This document shows positions 1-12,138 of a stretch of 64,000 bases of DNA, piece by piece. The position numbers and the translations under genes were made by a program. Position 1 is the stretch's first letter. The number at the start of each line of letters is the position of its first letter. Below the pieces are notes generated by a model, which was not told the DNA's origin, ran no database searches, and saw only the letters and a program-made list of their open reading frames with translations. This DNA comes from Selaginella moellendorffii. Its lineage: Eukaryota; Plantae; Lycopodiophyta. The stretch spans positions 1,550,056-1,614,055 of the forward strand of contig NW_003314288.1 of NCBI RefSeq assembly GCF_000143415.4, written 5' to 3'.

Positions 1-314
1 GGATCAAGCGGTGCCTGCGAAACTTTCGGGAGCGAGTGCCTGGCGCATGCTGAGGACTTCGATCTAAAAGACGTCGAGGTAGAATTTTTCTTCGATTCTC
101 TTTCGCGGTTTTGGTGAAGAAGATCGTTGCTTGATCTGTAAATGCAGCTCTGGGGTTTTGCCCATTCGTCTCAGCGAAGCAGCCTTGGCAAAACAACGAA
201 CGCCTTCGAATCTTTGTGATGATCCGTTTTTCGTGTACATATACCCGCTAGAACGAAATATAAATATAAAGAGGATCCCATGATACATTTTAGGGTTTAT
301 CAGAGGCGTCGCAA

Positions 315-1062
315 ATGGTGAGTGTTCTTGCGCGATCGATCGATCAATCCGTCACGAGCTTGGGATTCTCGTTTGCGCAGGTCTACCATTCGTCTTTCAA
401 AGATGAGAGCGGCGCCGGCCAGGCCTGCGGGTGCCCCCTCCTGCCACTCCGGACTCCAATCAAGGGCCCCGCGCCTCTCGCTGATCCTGGTGAGTGATGA
501 GCTGCATTCTCTCCCAAATCCCCGAGAAAGAATGCTGACTGCCGTGATCTTCTCAAGGCCAATTCGATATCATCGACGAGGCCATCAATTTCTTCCGCGC
601 AAACGTGCTCTTCCGCAAGTTTGAGGTGAAGAGCTCCGCGGACAAGCTCCTCATCTATCTCACCATGTACATCAACATGGCGCTCAAGCGGATCGAGACG
701 TGTAAGTCGGAGGCCGAGGGGATCAAGGTGATTATCAATCTTGGGTTGGAGAAGTTCCCCATTCCCGGAGAGCCGGATTTTCCTCTGGGAGGACTCTTCA
801 CTACTCCTGGATCACCGCAAGAAGCTGGTAAAGTCTTTGCTTCTTTTTCTCCTCTCTTCTCTATTCTTTTTTTTTTTTTTTTGGTGGTGTCTCTAACATT
901 CTTTGTGGTGCTCTAGATTTGTTTAGAAACTACTTAAAGCAGCTCAGAGAGGAAACTAGCGGCAGGCTTATGGGCCGTGTGTATCGACCCAATGGAAGTC
1001 CCAATAAATGGTGGCTAGCATTTGCAAAGAGGAGGTTTATGAACATCCTTCTTCCTTTCTAG
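315..1062 (+). CDS. ARPC3: Actin-related protein 2/3 complex subunit 3 (p21-Arc), 4 exons (315-317, 381-489, 558-827, 917-1062)
   Basis: Spliced translation MVYHSSF...ACGCPLLPLRT.IKGPAP...DIIDEAINFFRANVLFRKFEVKSSADKLLIYLT...FRNYLKQLREETSGRL...PNKWWLAFAKRRFMN; GT-AG introns; telo-box TAGGGTTT upstream. Confidence 0.95.
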
Positions 1063-1298
1063 AACAACGTAAGTTCTGGTGACAAAAGTTCCAAAACCTC
1101 ATCGTATTTTGTTTTACAGTTGAAAGATATCTTCTAGGAATTCTATCCGTGAACCATCATCTCCCGGTATGCTTTAGCTCGATTTTATGCCGGTTGCAAA
1201 AGGTTTTAAAACGTTTGCAACTTTATAATTACAGAAAAAAAAGAGTTCTCTTGTTTGTGTGTAAAGAATGGGCCTGCTCTGTACATCAAGGCCAAAAC

Positions 1299-4200
1299 TC
1301 ATTGATCATCATCTCGCGTACTCAGCAAAACAAATGAACGGCTATGAATAAAAGACCGAAGGCTCCTCAACTTGGCAGCTCCAGGCTCTCGTCTGATGCG
1401 AGACAAGACTTCGACGATGTCTTTCATCGAGGGCCGTCTTGCTGGGGACGGATCCGTGCTAATCAGAGCTATCTTGAAGACGCTGCTGATTTCTTCCTGG
1501 AAAGGCCCGTTGACGTTCCTCAGGATGGGATCTACGATGTCACTCAAAGGCTGGTCGTCTGCAATGCTGTTCCTGACCCACGAGACAAGGCTCGTACCAT
1601 CCTCCATCATCGGACGTTTCCCAGTCAAGAGCTCTAGCAGGACTACTCCAAAGCTGTAAACGTCTGCTTTCTGGCTCACCTTCGCTGATTCTGCAAGACA
1701 TAGAAAGGCATTTCAAGGTGAGAACTTGAAAAGTTGATGAAGCTCTTTTAACTAACTAGTGCGTACCAGGTGCTGTGTAGCCGAAGGATCTGTTCAAGCA
1801 GGACAAGTTTCTCGAGTCCCCGATGAGCTTGGCTAGTCCGACATCCGCAATGCGAGCGCCAAACGCCGAGTCTAGAAGTACGTTGTTGGACTTGATGTCG
1901 CAGTGCACGATTGAGTACTGATGGTGCAAATATGACAGGCCTTGAGCAGCTCCCACGGCAATTTTGTACCGGGTGTTCCAGTGAAGCTTGGGTCCCGAAG
2001 GCCTGTGGAGTGCCTCGGCAAGGCTCTTGTTGGGCATGTACTCGTAGAGGAAGATTTTTGCGCCTTTGTAGACGAGGAAATCCTCCAGCTTCACAACGTT
2101 TGGATGGCGGATGCGGTTGAGCTTCCTGGCGGCGGAAGTGTAGTAGTACGTGTTCTTGGTGTCGTCGGCATCTTGCTCGGTACGTACTACTTTCACTGCT
2201 AGGATCTTCTCCCATGCAAATATGCCTCTGAACACTGATCCATATGGTCCCGTGCCAATAACATTACCATCACTGAACCCCTCTGTTGCCTTTTCAATTT
2301 CTGTATAGAGCGTAGGAACTCTGTCTGCGAACTTGTTCTCCTGCATGACGGTGGACTTCTTTCGTTTCAGAGCTCTATAGGCGCACAACAAAAAGATTGC
2401 CGTAGCCGCAAGGAAGACTCCTCCAAGGACGAGAAAGACAAGGCCTACTGTCCTTCCAGCGGACCTTCTTCTTCGGGATCGAGGTGTGGCAGGAGAAGTA
2501 CCAGCAGGAGGTTGGCTGCCGCAACTTGCCAGTGGAGGCCCACACAAGTTCAAGTTGTTCATGAAGACACTTGGAGAAGCGCCAGTGAAGAGCGTTATCT
2601 GAGGTATCTCGCCACTGAGTTGATTGTTCGAGAAGTTGAACTGATCAAGACTTCTCAGTTCTCCGAGGGATGGAGGAATCGGTCCAGAAAAGCTGTTGCT
2701 GGAGATATCCAACACTGTCAACGACGTAAACGTGCTGAAATAACCGGGAATGGTGTCACTGATGTTGTTGTGGCTCAAGTCGAGCGTGTGGAGTCCCGTC
2801 AAGCTGAGCAGAGTTGGAAGGCTTCCTTGGAACAGGTTCCTGGACACGTTCAAAGCCTCTAGAACAGGTAGCCGATAGAAGTCGTTCGGCATCGGCCCCG
2901 AGAAGCGATTACTTCCGAGAAGAAGGGACTTGAGATGTTCCAGCTCGTTGCTCAGCGATAACTGGCCTCCCATCTGGTTCATGGAAAGATCGAGGACCTC
3001 CAACCGAAGTGACTGGAACTGTGGAAAGCTGCCGGAGATGAAGTTGTTGGAGACGACCAACGTTTGCAGCGACGAGCAGTTCTCGACTGTGAGCAGTGTT
3101 CCTTCGATCCTGTTATTCGAAAGATCGACCAGCGATAGATTCCCGCTGCTGCACAGCCTCGGAGGTAAGCCTCCGGAGAACCTGTTGTTGGAAGCATTTA
3201 ACACACGTAGATCGCTCGTCATTCCCAGCGCAGGTGGCAAAGGCCCTTGAAACCGATTCCCCGAGAGACTCAACACGGACAAGCTGGAAAGGAGACCGAT
3301 CCGCAGCGGCAGCTCACCTGTGAAACTGTTGAGAGACAAATCCAGCGCGTCCAGCGTCACCATCGCCCCAAACGAATCCGGTACGCTTCCTGTTATGTTG
3401 TTGGAGCTCAAGTTGAGTGACAGCATTTGCCTCCAGGTGCTTCCCAGGCCCAGCGGCAATTCTCCCGACAACCTGTTACGCGAGACGTCGAGGCTGGAGA
3501 GGCTGGAGAGGCTGCCAAGCTCCACCGGAAGGCTCCCGGTGAAGTTGCAACTCGACGCCTGGAACTCGTTCAAGTTGACGAGCCGGCCAAGCTCGCTTGG
3601 AATCTGCCCCTGGAACAAGTTACGGTTGATGGTCAGCCGCTTGAGCGCAATGCAGCCTCCGAGCTCCCTTGGAAGCGGCCCGGAAAGTCTGTTGTTATAC
3701 AGCGCCAAGTGCGTGAGCCGCTGGAGCCTGCCAATCGTAGCCGGGACGCCACCTCGAAGACGGTTGTTATAAACTTGGAAGAACGTGAGCGACGAGCAGT
3801 TCCCGATCTCGCTGGGGATGAAACCATCCAGCTCGTTGTCATCGACTCTCAGCCTGGTCAGGAGACGGAGAGAACCGATCGAGGCCGGGATGGAGCCTTG
3901 CAGCCTGTTCATGAAGAGCCGGAGGCTGGTCAAGTTCGGCAGCAAGTCGAGGCGCTGAGGTATGGTTCCGGTCAACGAGTTTTGGCTGAGATTGATATCC
4001 GTGAGTTGTGTGCAGCTGGTGATCTCGCTGGGGATGAAACCGGAGATGCTGTTCCTGGACAAGTCGAGAGCCTGGAGGCCCAGGAGCCTCCCGATCGCCG
4101 GAGATATCACACCTTGCAACGATCTCCCTGACAGAGAGATCCCTGTCACCGTGCCGGTGCCGTTTCGACAGCGAATCCCCTGCCATGAGCAGTAGCTCGT

Positions 4201-4383
4201 CGATCGATTCCAGTCTCTCAAGCTCCCCAATGGATCGGTGAGATTGCTCCGGAGCTCCAGAAGCACGGAGCCATCGTCGCTGGTCTGAGCTGCGACGAAT
4301 CTAGTAGCTACGAGGAGGAGGGAGACCAAGGAGCAAATCAGTACCGAGTTGCAGCGCTCCCTGCTCGTCCGGAGAAGACCCAT
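1299..4383 (-). CDS. LRR receptor-like kinase (about 20 LRRs, TM helix, degenerate kinase domain); one intron 1691-1766
   Basis: LRRNT (DPLGSLRDW...CSWQGIRC), repeated LxxLxLSxNxLxGxIP, NLCGPPL cap, TM TVGLVFLVLGGVFLAATAIFLL, kinase motifs GTGPYG/AVK/HCDIKSNN/DVG/GYTAPE/DVYSFG; first ATG at 4383. Confidence 0.93.
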
Positions 4384-5716
4384 CAGAGTTGCATCGCTCG
4401 CTCGCTCCTGCCGCAAACACCAGCGCCGCTCTTTGTCCACCCAGGTGATTTAAGGCTACCTCTCTATCAATCAATCACAAGTACTGACTTGTTTCGTTTG
4501 CGCAGCCTTGGATTGCCGCCTTGGATTGATTTGTTGGAACGCAAACCTCACTGTGAGGGGCCGCAAAAGATAGCAGCGCGATTGGTTTGGTGAGGAGCGG
4601 GTCGTGTGAGAAAGCGTGGACTTGAGAAGGTTCGTTGTGGTACGTGCCCGATTCTTTGATTTTTTCTACTTTTTTCTCGTGTTTTTTTTTCTTTCTTTTT
4701 TATTCTTTCTAGTCTGATAAGATGTAAGATGGCACATCTTTGTTATGCTATTAGTCCCTCCTGGCCTTGCTTATCTCTATGCTTTACTAGTGTGTGCCGC
4801 GTGCCTTTCTTCTTCACATCTCTCACTCGCTCTTACAGGTTCTCTCACAAGGCGCTTCCAGGAGAGTTTTTCAAAGAACGCGGAAAGCAGCGAGAAGACG
4901 ACCGAATCGTGGCCGTCGGTGATGCCCCGTGACGTCACGCGCGTTTTGTGATTCGCTCAGCGCTTGTGAGGTGGAATGCGTCGCCCTCTTGCTGCATTTT
5001 CGACGTTCTTTTCCATTTTTCCATCTGTTTTTCTAGGTGGCCAACCCGGCCCAGTCGCAAGGGAATGATACAAGAAAAACATGGCCACGAAAGGAAATGT
5101 TCCCGCTTGGAGTTATTAGAGCGTGGCAGCCAAGGAGTTGAGCACAAGCGCGATGCTTTTTCCCCTCTCGATTCCAGCTCCAAGAATTTTCAATACTTCC
5201 ACTTGACTTTCCATCTGGAATTTATGTCCAACCAAGTCAAATTGCTGGGGCTGGAGGAAGCTAAACTCAGACTTTGACATTATAGCTGTAGCATCATTCA
5301 GGAGACAAGAGAAAACCCTACTTTTAACTTGCCAGTCCGATTTGAGGGATTGGTCACGCTCCAATTCCAAGAGATAGGCCTTTCAACGCAAATGCATACC
5401 AGGCGGGCGGCGATTTTTCCCTGTATTCCGGAGCATCGTCGTCGTGCTTGGTGACAACATTCCACGCCGCATTCTGTGCACCAATCAAACTCCCCTCGTG
5501 GTCTTTTCTACCAAGATTTGTCAACATGATTGTAAAAGAGAGGCTTTTTATACTTTTGTTTAGAATCCATATCCCCTGCACTAGCTGTCCTTTGATTCTT
5601 TTGAATCTGGAAAAATAAAAGAGGAGATATATCTCATAAATTTATAATTTATAATTTTACGAATTTCCAGTAATATAATAATCTATAGCTGGTATTGACA
5701 AAATAGAGAATAATCA

Positions 5717-5789
5717 GGGGTTGTAGCTCAGATGGTAGAGCGATCGCTTTGCATGCGATAGGTAAGGGGATCGATGCCCCTCAACTCCA
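5717..5789 (+). tRNA. tRNA-Ala (anticodon TGC)
   Basis: Acceptor stem GGGGTTG/CAACTCC with G3:U70; D arm GCTC-AGATGGTA-GAGC; anticodon arm ATCGC-TT-TGC-AT-GCGAT; T arm AGGGG-ATCGATG-CCCCT; AT-rich flanks. Confidence 0.97.
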
Positions 5790-5902
5790 TATATTTAACT
5801 TAATACAATTTATAATTTAAATCATATATTTCATTTAATTTTATATTTTTAAATTATATTTTCACACTGTGAGTACATCTTGGACCTCACAACACATATA
5901 TA

Positions 5903-6977
5903 TCAATAAACCAGTTTGAAGCTGGTTGACACCAACGCGGTCACCGCGTTCATGAGCCGGGGATACGCGCAGCCCGTACAGGGTGGCGCCTTCTCCTTGC
6001 AAATGGCCATACCCGTACCGAGATACAGATCCGGCTCGGTGGTGTACGTGGCCCACTTGTTCTCCAATCTCCACCGTCCATCCTGGAGCCGGAATATCGT
6101 AAACTCTGGCCAATAGTTGATCTTAATGTACTGCTTTGCGTCCACACACACAAACCTCCTGGATAAACAAAGCCAACTAAGAACCCTAATTTCCTTTTCC
6201 TTAAAAGAAGAGAACTTACCAAGCCGACTCCTGGCCACCCCAAATTGGGTCATTGTCCGCGGCAGTGATGCTCCCGTCGCAGTGGAAGAAGCGGGCCAAT
6301 GCCGGCTTGCCATGTGTCGAGGGATCTAACGAATACCAATATTGTCCACAGGCCTAGAGAGCCATGGCGAACTTTTAATCAACCTCTATTTTCTATATAA
6401 TTCTCCTTACGGGTTTAACGCGAAGCTCCCATGTACGGCTGCACATATCGCTGGAAACCAGCCGGTACTGGAAAGAAGAAATTTGTTAGAAGAAAGCTTA
6501 AGATGATATGATAGTAACAAGGCCCAGTAGTAGACGCTAGACTCTTCTGGAAACCTCTTCCACACAAACCTTGCGGGAATCGTCCATGAGGAGCCTGTAG
6601 GCCGCACGGGCAGCAATTGGGCGATGGAGGGCGAGCATCTGGAGGGGGATCTGGGCCCTGAGGCCCAGGAGCTGGGCGAGCAGGGGACGCCATAGCACGT
6701 CCGAGGATGCGAGGCCTCGCCACGATCGGCAAACCAGGCGGCATCGTGCCAAGCTCTGTGCATCCAGCCGCGACATGATGCTCCACTGCAGCAAGTCACT
6801 GCTCACGAGTTCCTCTTGTTCCTCCTCCTCCTCCTCCTCCTCTTCGGGATCATCATCTACCTTCGGATCTCCCCGATCTTCTTCTTTCTGCTCAATCCCT
6901 TCCCGCTGCTTCTTCTTCCTCCTCTTTCTCATGCTGTTGCTGGGAATCGAGCTAGCGACTAGGGCGGCGCCTTCCAT
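5903..6977 (-). CDS. F-box protein (At5g52880/At5g04010-like), multi-exon
   Basis: F-box motif DLLQWSIMSRLDAQSLARCRLVCRSWRGLASSDVLW; downstream exons YWYSLDP...RFFHCDGSITAADNDPIWGGQE and YIKINYWP...WRLENKWATY; poly-E tract. Confidence 0.85.
6744..6764 (-). promoter_or_regulatory. Putative miR536 target site within the F-box CDS
   Basis: + strand TCGTGCCAAGCTCTGTGCATC is near-identical to miR536 as I recall it (UCGUGCCAAGCUGUGUGCA..), so the minus-strand F-box mRNA is complementary to it. Confidence 0.7.
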
Positions 6978-7485
6978 TACCGCTTTACCCCTTTCCGCTT
7001 TGCGCTCTAGAAGCTAATATGCGAGCTCTACTTCCTGGGCTTTTGTCAACTTTGTAAATTCTTCTTTTTTATCTTTTAGTGTGGGACAGGTGTCGGATTG
7101 AAAACAGCGCCTTGTTTAGTGCACAAGTATAGTGGATCATTGTGAGGCTTACATCTAGCCAAAAGCACAGAAATGTAATCCAGGATATTGGATATATTCA
7201 GTATAATTATACTTTGATTTGCAAAAGTGATGGATAGTAAAGCATACGATAGAAAAGTCTGCAGATGGTTCCACATCACTCAGCCTTCCAATGGACAATG
7301 GCATAATCTCCTCAGTGCTAGCTAAGTTTTATAGCCTAACCATGCTCACTGATTCATTGGATTAGTAATTAGATTTCATAGTATATTACCTTTTTATTGT
7401 GTTAAAAATGCTATATTTTAATTATAATAATGCAAACTAACAATGTTTTGATAAGATAAATCATGTTAAGCTATTTGACATAAAC

Positions 7486-7926
7486 ATGATCTGGATTGCT
7501 GCAGTCGTCATGCTTTTGAGTGCCCCACATTCCATGGTGTGTGATACTCTATTAATATATAGTTTGAAACTCACAATTTAACCAGGCTGCTTGTGCATCA
7601 TTCTCAAGAAACTGCCCCTATTTCTACTATGAGCCGTTTGGAGGTGTTTTGTGTGCCCGTTGCGAGTGGAGATATGGCTGGCCAAAGAAGACATTTATAA
7701 ATCTCAACAAGTACCTTAGTAACAAGGATTCAGAGCTTGCCCATGGGGGAGGCTTCCTCTCCACTTGCTACAAGATGAGGGTAATCACTTTAGACACCAG
7801 CAAAGGCAAGTTTGTGGATCTTGCAGATTGTGCCGAGCATATGATTCTCTCTTGCACTGGACAGCTTTTTCTCTGGATACTCACATGACAAACATTAATG
7901 GTAACCTTTAGTGGTGTCAGAAATAA
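7486..7926 (+). pseudogene. Cyanovirin-N homologue (CVNH) copy 1, disrupted
   Basis: Paralogue of 8805-9253 with the same signal-peptide exon (7486-7536) and a 49-bp intron; 1-bp deletion near 7826 (GCAGAT vs GCAGGAT) and CAG->TAG at 7909-7911. Confidence 0.85.
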
Positions 7927-8804
7927 AATATTACAAATTAGCTTGAGTGAAATGATTAGATAAGGCAAAGGAAATTGTTTTTATGATAATTACAAATTTT
8001 TGGCTGAATAACAAAGTTTACTTAAATAATTTGTTATTACAAATATACACAATTATTTCTTTCTGGCTTGCTTAGGCAGCAATATTGTTCATCAAAATGA
8101 TTGTTAGTTTATATTTACTATACATCCCCAAGTGTTTAGGAGTATGATTGGACATGATCAAATGTATATCAGTAATATATAATATGCATATATATAATTT
8201 TTTTTGTTTTATAATTAAATCCCATTATTTATTTTTTAAATTATGGAAATCTAATAATTGATTATAATATAATTATGATTTAGCTACCTAATTAAAAGCT
8301 TAGAGGCCAAAACAAACTCTTGAATAATATCAAATCATTTTACCTCTAGTTTTAAAACCTTTTTAATGATAATTATTCATACTCAAATTTCTAATATTAA
8401 TTAAGAAAAAGAAACATTTTGAGTTCATGAGTTATATTATATTTTTCACATTTTATTTACTAGATATCTAAAATTCATAATTATTTATAATTTAATTTTA
8501 TTGTTAAATATATTTTTTATTTTCTTGAAAACTTACTTGATATTTTATTTTCTTATTTTTATAATATTTTTTGAAAAAAGGAATTGAAATTTAATTAGAA
8601 AATAAATTCTATCATAACAAAAAGCATACAAATTTTATAGAACTCTAAAAAATAAAAAATTGTTAAACACTTATAAATTTTTGTCAATTCGGACGTGCCC
8701 CGTTACTTTTTTATTAAAGAAATATTAGTATACTATAATAAAATAAAAAACATAACAGAATATACTTGTATATTTAAGAGATTTGCGAAGCTATTTGACA
8801 TAAA

Positions 8805-9253
8805 ATGATCTGGATTGCAACAGTCCTCCTGCTTTTGAGTGTACCACATTCCAAGGTGTGTGATACCCTATCCATATATCCATATATAGCTGAAACTCAT
8901 AATTTAATCAGGCTGGCTGTGTACCATTCCCGATAAATTGCCCCACTTTCTCCTACGAACCATTCGGAGGTGTTTTGAACGCCCGTTGCGAGTGGGGATA
9001 TGGCTGGCCAAAGAGGACATTCATAAATCTCAACTACCACCTTAGCAACAAGGATTCGGACCTTGTCCCTGGTGGAGGCTTTGTGTACAGTTGCTACAAG
9101 ATGAGGCTAGTCACAGTGGATGCCGACCAAGGCAAGTATGTGGATCTTGCAGGATGGTGCCGGGGATATGATTCTCAATTGCACTGGACAACTTTCCCTC
9201 TAGATACTAAAATAACAAACGTCAATGGTAACCTTCAGTGGTGTGAGAAATAA
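8805..9253 (+). CDS. Secreted cyanovirin-N homologue (CVNH) lectin, 130 aa; exons 8805-8855 and 8912-9253
   Basis: MIWIATVLLLLSVPHSKAGCVPFPINCPTFSYEPFGGVLNARCEWGYGWPKRTFINLNYHLSNKDSDLVPGGGFVYSCYKMRLVTVDADQGKYVDLAGWCRGYDSQLHWTTFPLDTKITNVNGNLQWCEK: two CV-N-type half repeats (F..xC...L.A.C...I.L...I.N.D/NG.L). Confidence 0.85.
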
Positions 9254-9565
9254 AATTTTTCACAAATTAAAAAAATACAAAGCCAAGCTTGAGTAAAATG
9301 CAAGCAAAGAGCAGGGCTTCGGGCAAAGCAAAGCAATTGTCATTGTTTTTATGGTAAAGGCCAACTATAAAGGAAGTTCGCTTAAATAGTTTTTTATTAT
9401 CGCTAAACGGTATCTACAAGACGTCACAAAGCATAAGAATTACGTACATCCGTTATTTGCGTCTTTCACTTGCTTAGGCAGTAGCGTCGCTCATCACAGT
9501 GTCCTTGGTAGCTTCTGAAAATAGTTTCACAAAAGTTAGCTCCAGGGAAGAGAATAAAACCAAGC

Positions 9566-11581
9566 TTAGTATTGCAAGTTACCCGAGGATGTTTTCTCGT
9601 CCGGTTGCTTCTTGCCTAGGAACGATCCCATGACACCGGTTACTTTGTCCATAACACCTTTTCCCTGTTGGTTTGTAGCACCCGGACTCGCTGGTGTAGC
9701 CTCCGGCGTAGTAGCCTGTGGAGATGAAGCTCCAGTGTTCTTCGATCCGCCACCCAGGGTCAACATGTCAGTGATCTTCTGCGACAAAGCCGTGTCGTGC
9801 TCGTCCGGAGTGAAAAGCTTCGTGTTCTTGCCCTCGCCAGCACCTGTTTCGGTCTCGGTTCCAGCACCGGCACCGTAGCCAAGTTTCGCAGCGACCGCAT
9901 CCTTCGCGCCCATCACCTTCTGCGTTATACCGGACTGAGGAGACTGCGTTGTCGAATCGACGTCACTCGCGGGAGTAGTCTGGGGCGTCTGAGCACCGGT
10001 TCCACCGTATCCCAGCTTCGAAGCAACGGTGTCTTTGACAGCGGTAGCCGAGTCCATCGCCCGGGACGTGACGCTCGGGGTGGTACCAGTGGCGGACTCG
10101 GTTTGCTCGGTGGTTTGTCCCGAGGCTGGTACGTCCGTCGGCCCTGTGCTCGAAGGTAGCTTGCTGCTGACTGTATCCTTTGCAGAGACTGCGGCATCTC
10201 GAGCCTTTTCTGTCCAAGTTTTGGAATCCTGTCCGGTACCTTCCGTGACACCCGTTGGAGCCGTGGGAGAGGTAGTGTCCGTTGTGGATGCCTTGGGCGA
10301 TCCCATAAGAGCGTTCTTCACCGAGAAGACGCTCTCGGAAGCTCTCTGCATCCAGCCCTTCTGTGAGTCACTGGTTTTGAGCTGCGGATCCGATGGAACT
10401 TCGGTATCAACCTGGAGCAAACGTTAATAAGTCTTGAAAACTTTGCAGTTTTTCCACCGTCACAAACCTTATCGCTTGGCGACTTATCGACGACTTCGGA
10501 TGACAAGAGATCACTGCCGCTGCTGTCCACGCCGTCCACAACAGGCTTGGCCTCGTCCTGTGACGCCGAGGGCTTCATAATACCCTCGGGAATCTTCTCC
10601 TCCGTCTTCCCGGCTAGAGCTCCAGCCGCAAGAGAAGACGAATCAGTTTCTCCTCGAGGCTTGCTTTCAAAGCCGCTAGACTCCAATCCTGACGAAAGTC
10701 CGGACGATTCTTGACCTGAAGAACAAAAAAGCTCGAGTCAGAAATATCTATCCCCAAGTTGGTTTCTCATGAGTTACTGACCATGAGCGGCCGGAACTTC
10801 CTCCTGCCTCTTCTTAGTTTCGTCCCATGATGGAGCTTCGCTAGTCGCCGAGCGAGGCTCATCATCGCTGCGAGGCCACTCGGATCCAGGAGCAGGAGCA
10901 CTTGGATCGGCCTGGCCATGCACTCCGCCGCTCAAAAGATCACCACTTTCCTTCTTCTCTGGGCCGAGATCAAGTTCTCTGGATTGGAAATCATGTTCGC
11001 CACCATGAACAGCACCCTCTAGAAAAACACGCAATGAATCTCATCACCAACTTAATTCTATAAACAACGGAAAAGGAAGAACAAAGCTTTACCATGGCGA
11101 GCCTCTGGAGTAGCGGCAGCTCCCTGGTATCCCGTTTGCTGCTGTTCCTGCCAGGCCAAAACAAATCATTAGCAATTCGATGGATCCATCGAAAAGTATC
11201 AGCCAATTTCCTTCCAAGTTACCTGATCATAGCGAGGAGTATCGTCTCCCTGCTCGTCCTCGCTGCTGCTGCTACTGGTGTCGCCGCCGGCGCCCTCGAC
11301 ATTGTCTCCCTGCCCCTCCTTACGCTTCTTGGACTTTCCCTTGATCTTGCCAGTGAGCTTTTTCGCCTTGTCCTTGACCTTGCCCACAACGGATTTCTTC
11401 TTGTGATCGCCCTCCTCCTGAGAGTGCGGAGACTCAGCCTCTTGCTCGCCTGGATGGATCGAGAGAGAAAGAGGGTGAGAACCGAAATCTAGCGAGAAAT
11501 TCTTGCTTTGCTCTGCTTACCGGGTGACATCTTCATGTAATCCCCGCCCTGCTCGCCCGATGGATACGCCTGCGACTGCAT
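9566..11581 (-). CDS. LTI65/RD29/CAP160-like dehydration/cold-induced hydrophilic protein, multi-exon
   Basis: Exon 1 MQSQAYPSG..., exon 2 HKKKSVVGKVKDKAKKLTGKIK, repeated AKDxVASKLGYG, PDEHDTALSQKIT, C-terminal KGVMDKVTGVMGSFLG. Confidence 0.8.
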
Positions 11582-11778
11582 TCCTGCTAGATCTGGACCG
11601 ATCAACCACAAATTCGCTTAGAATCACCGACGATCTCTCTCTTTTCTCTCTCGAGACTCTCTCTTTGCCTTTCGCTATCCCGCTGCGCCCTGCGATTTTA
11701 AGAGAGTGGACGAGCTAAACCTCACACACTAGCGGACATATACAGTTGGCGAGTGCCACTCGTCCCCTTGGCGAGCCA

Positions 11779-11830
11779 CCGCGTGGCGAGGAAAGGACAC
11801 GTAACGCATGACGCGTGTCGTTGTGCCGAC
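11779..11830. promoter_or_regulatory. ABRE/CE3/DRE cluster upstream of the RD29-like gene
   Basis: CCGCGTGGC (11779), ACACGT (11797), ACGCGTGTC CE3 (11811), GCCGAC DRE/CRT core (11825), about 200-250 bp upstream of the ATG. Confidence 0.65.
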
Positions 11831-12138
11831 AAGCCCAGAACAGAAAAAAATCCGCCACCTTTCGGTGGGCGCTGCTGCTGCTGGTGGCCCCTCCAAAAAT
11901 GTCAAAGAATCTGATCTTAGATTCCGGGCCATCCAAATAGCCGGAAGATTCTCGTCCATTTTGCTGTGAGATTCATGATATTATTTTCTGCCAACTTTGA
12001 CAAGTTTTGTTGCCTACCCAATACAGGACGATTATGACACTTTTTTATTGGGTCCGATGAGCAAAAACGAGATGAAATGGATTGAGATAATGGAAAGAAA
12101 GAGAAGATCGATCAAGCAACAAGTAAGATTTGAAGTCC

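Noticed and set aside
4729-5600. Short overlapping ORFs and intron-like signals upstream of the LRR-RLK
   Set aside because: No recognisable domain in any frame; could be UTR, lncRNA or a relic, but unsupported
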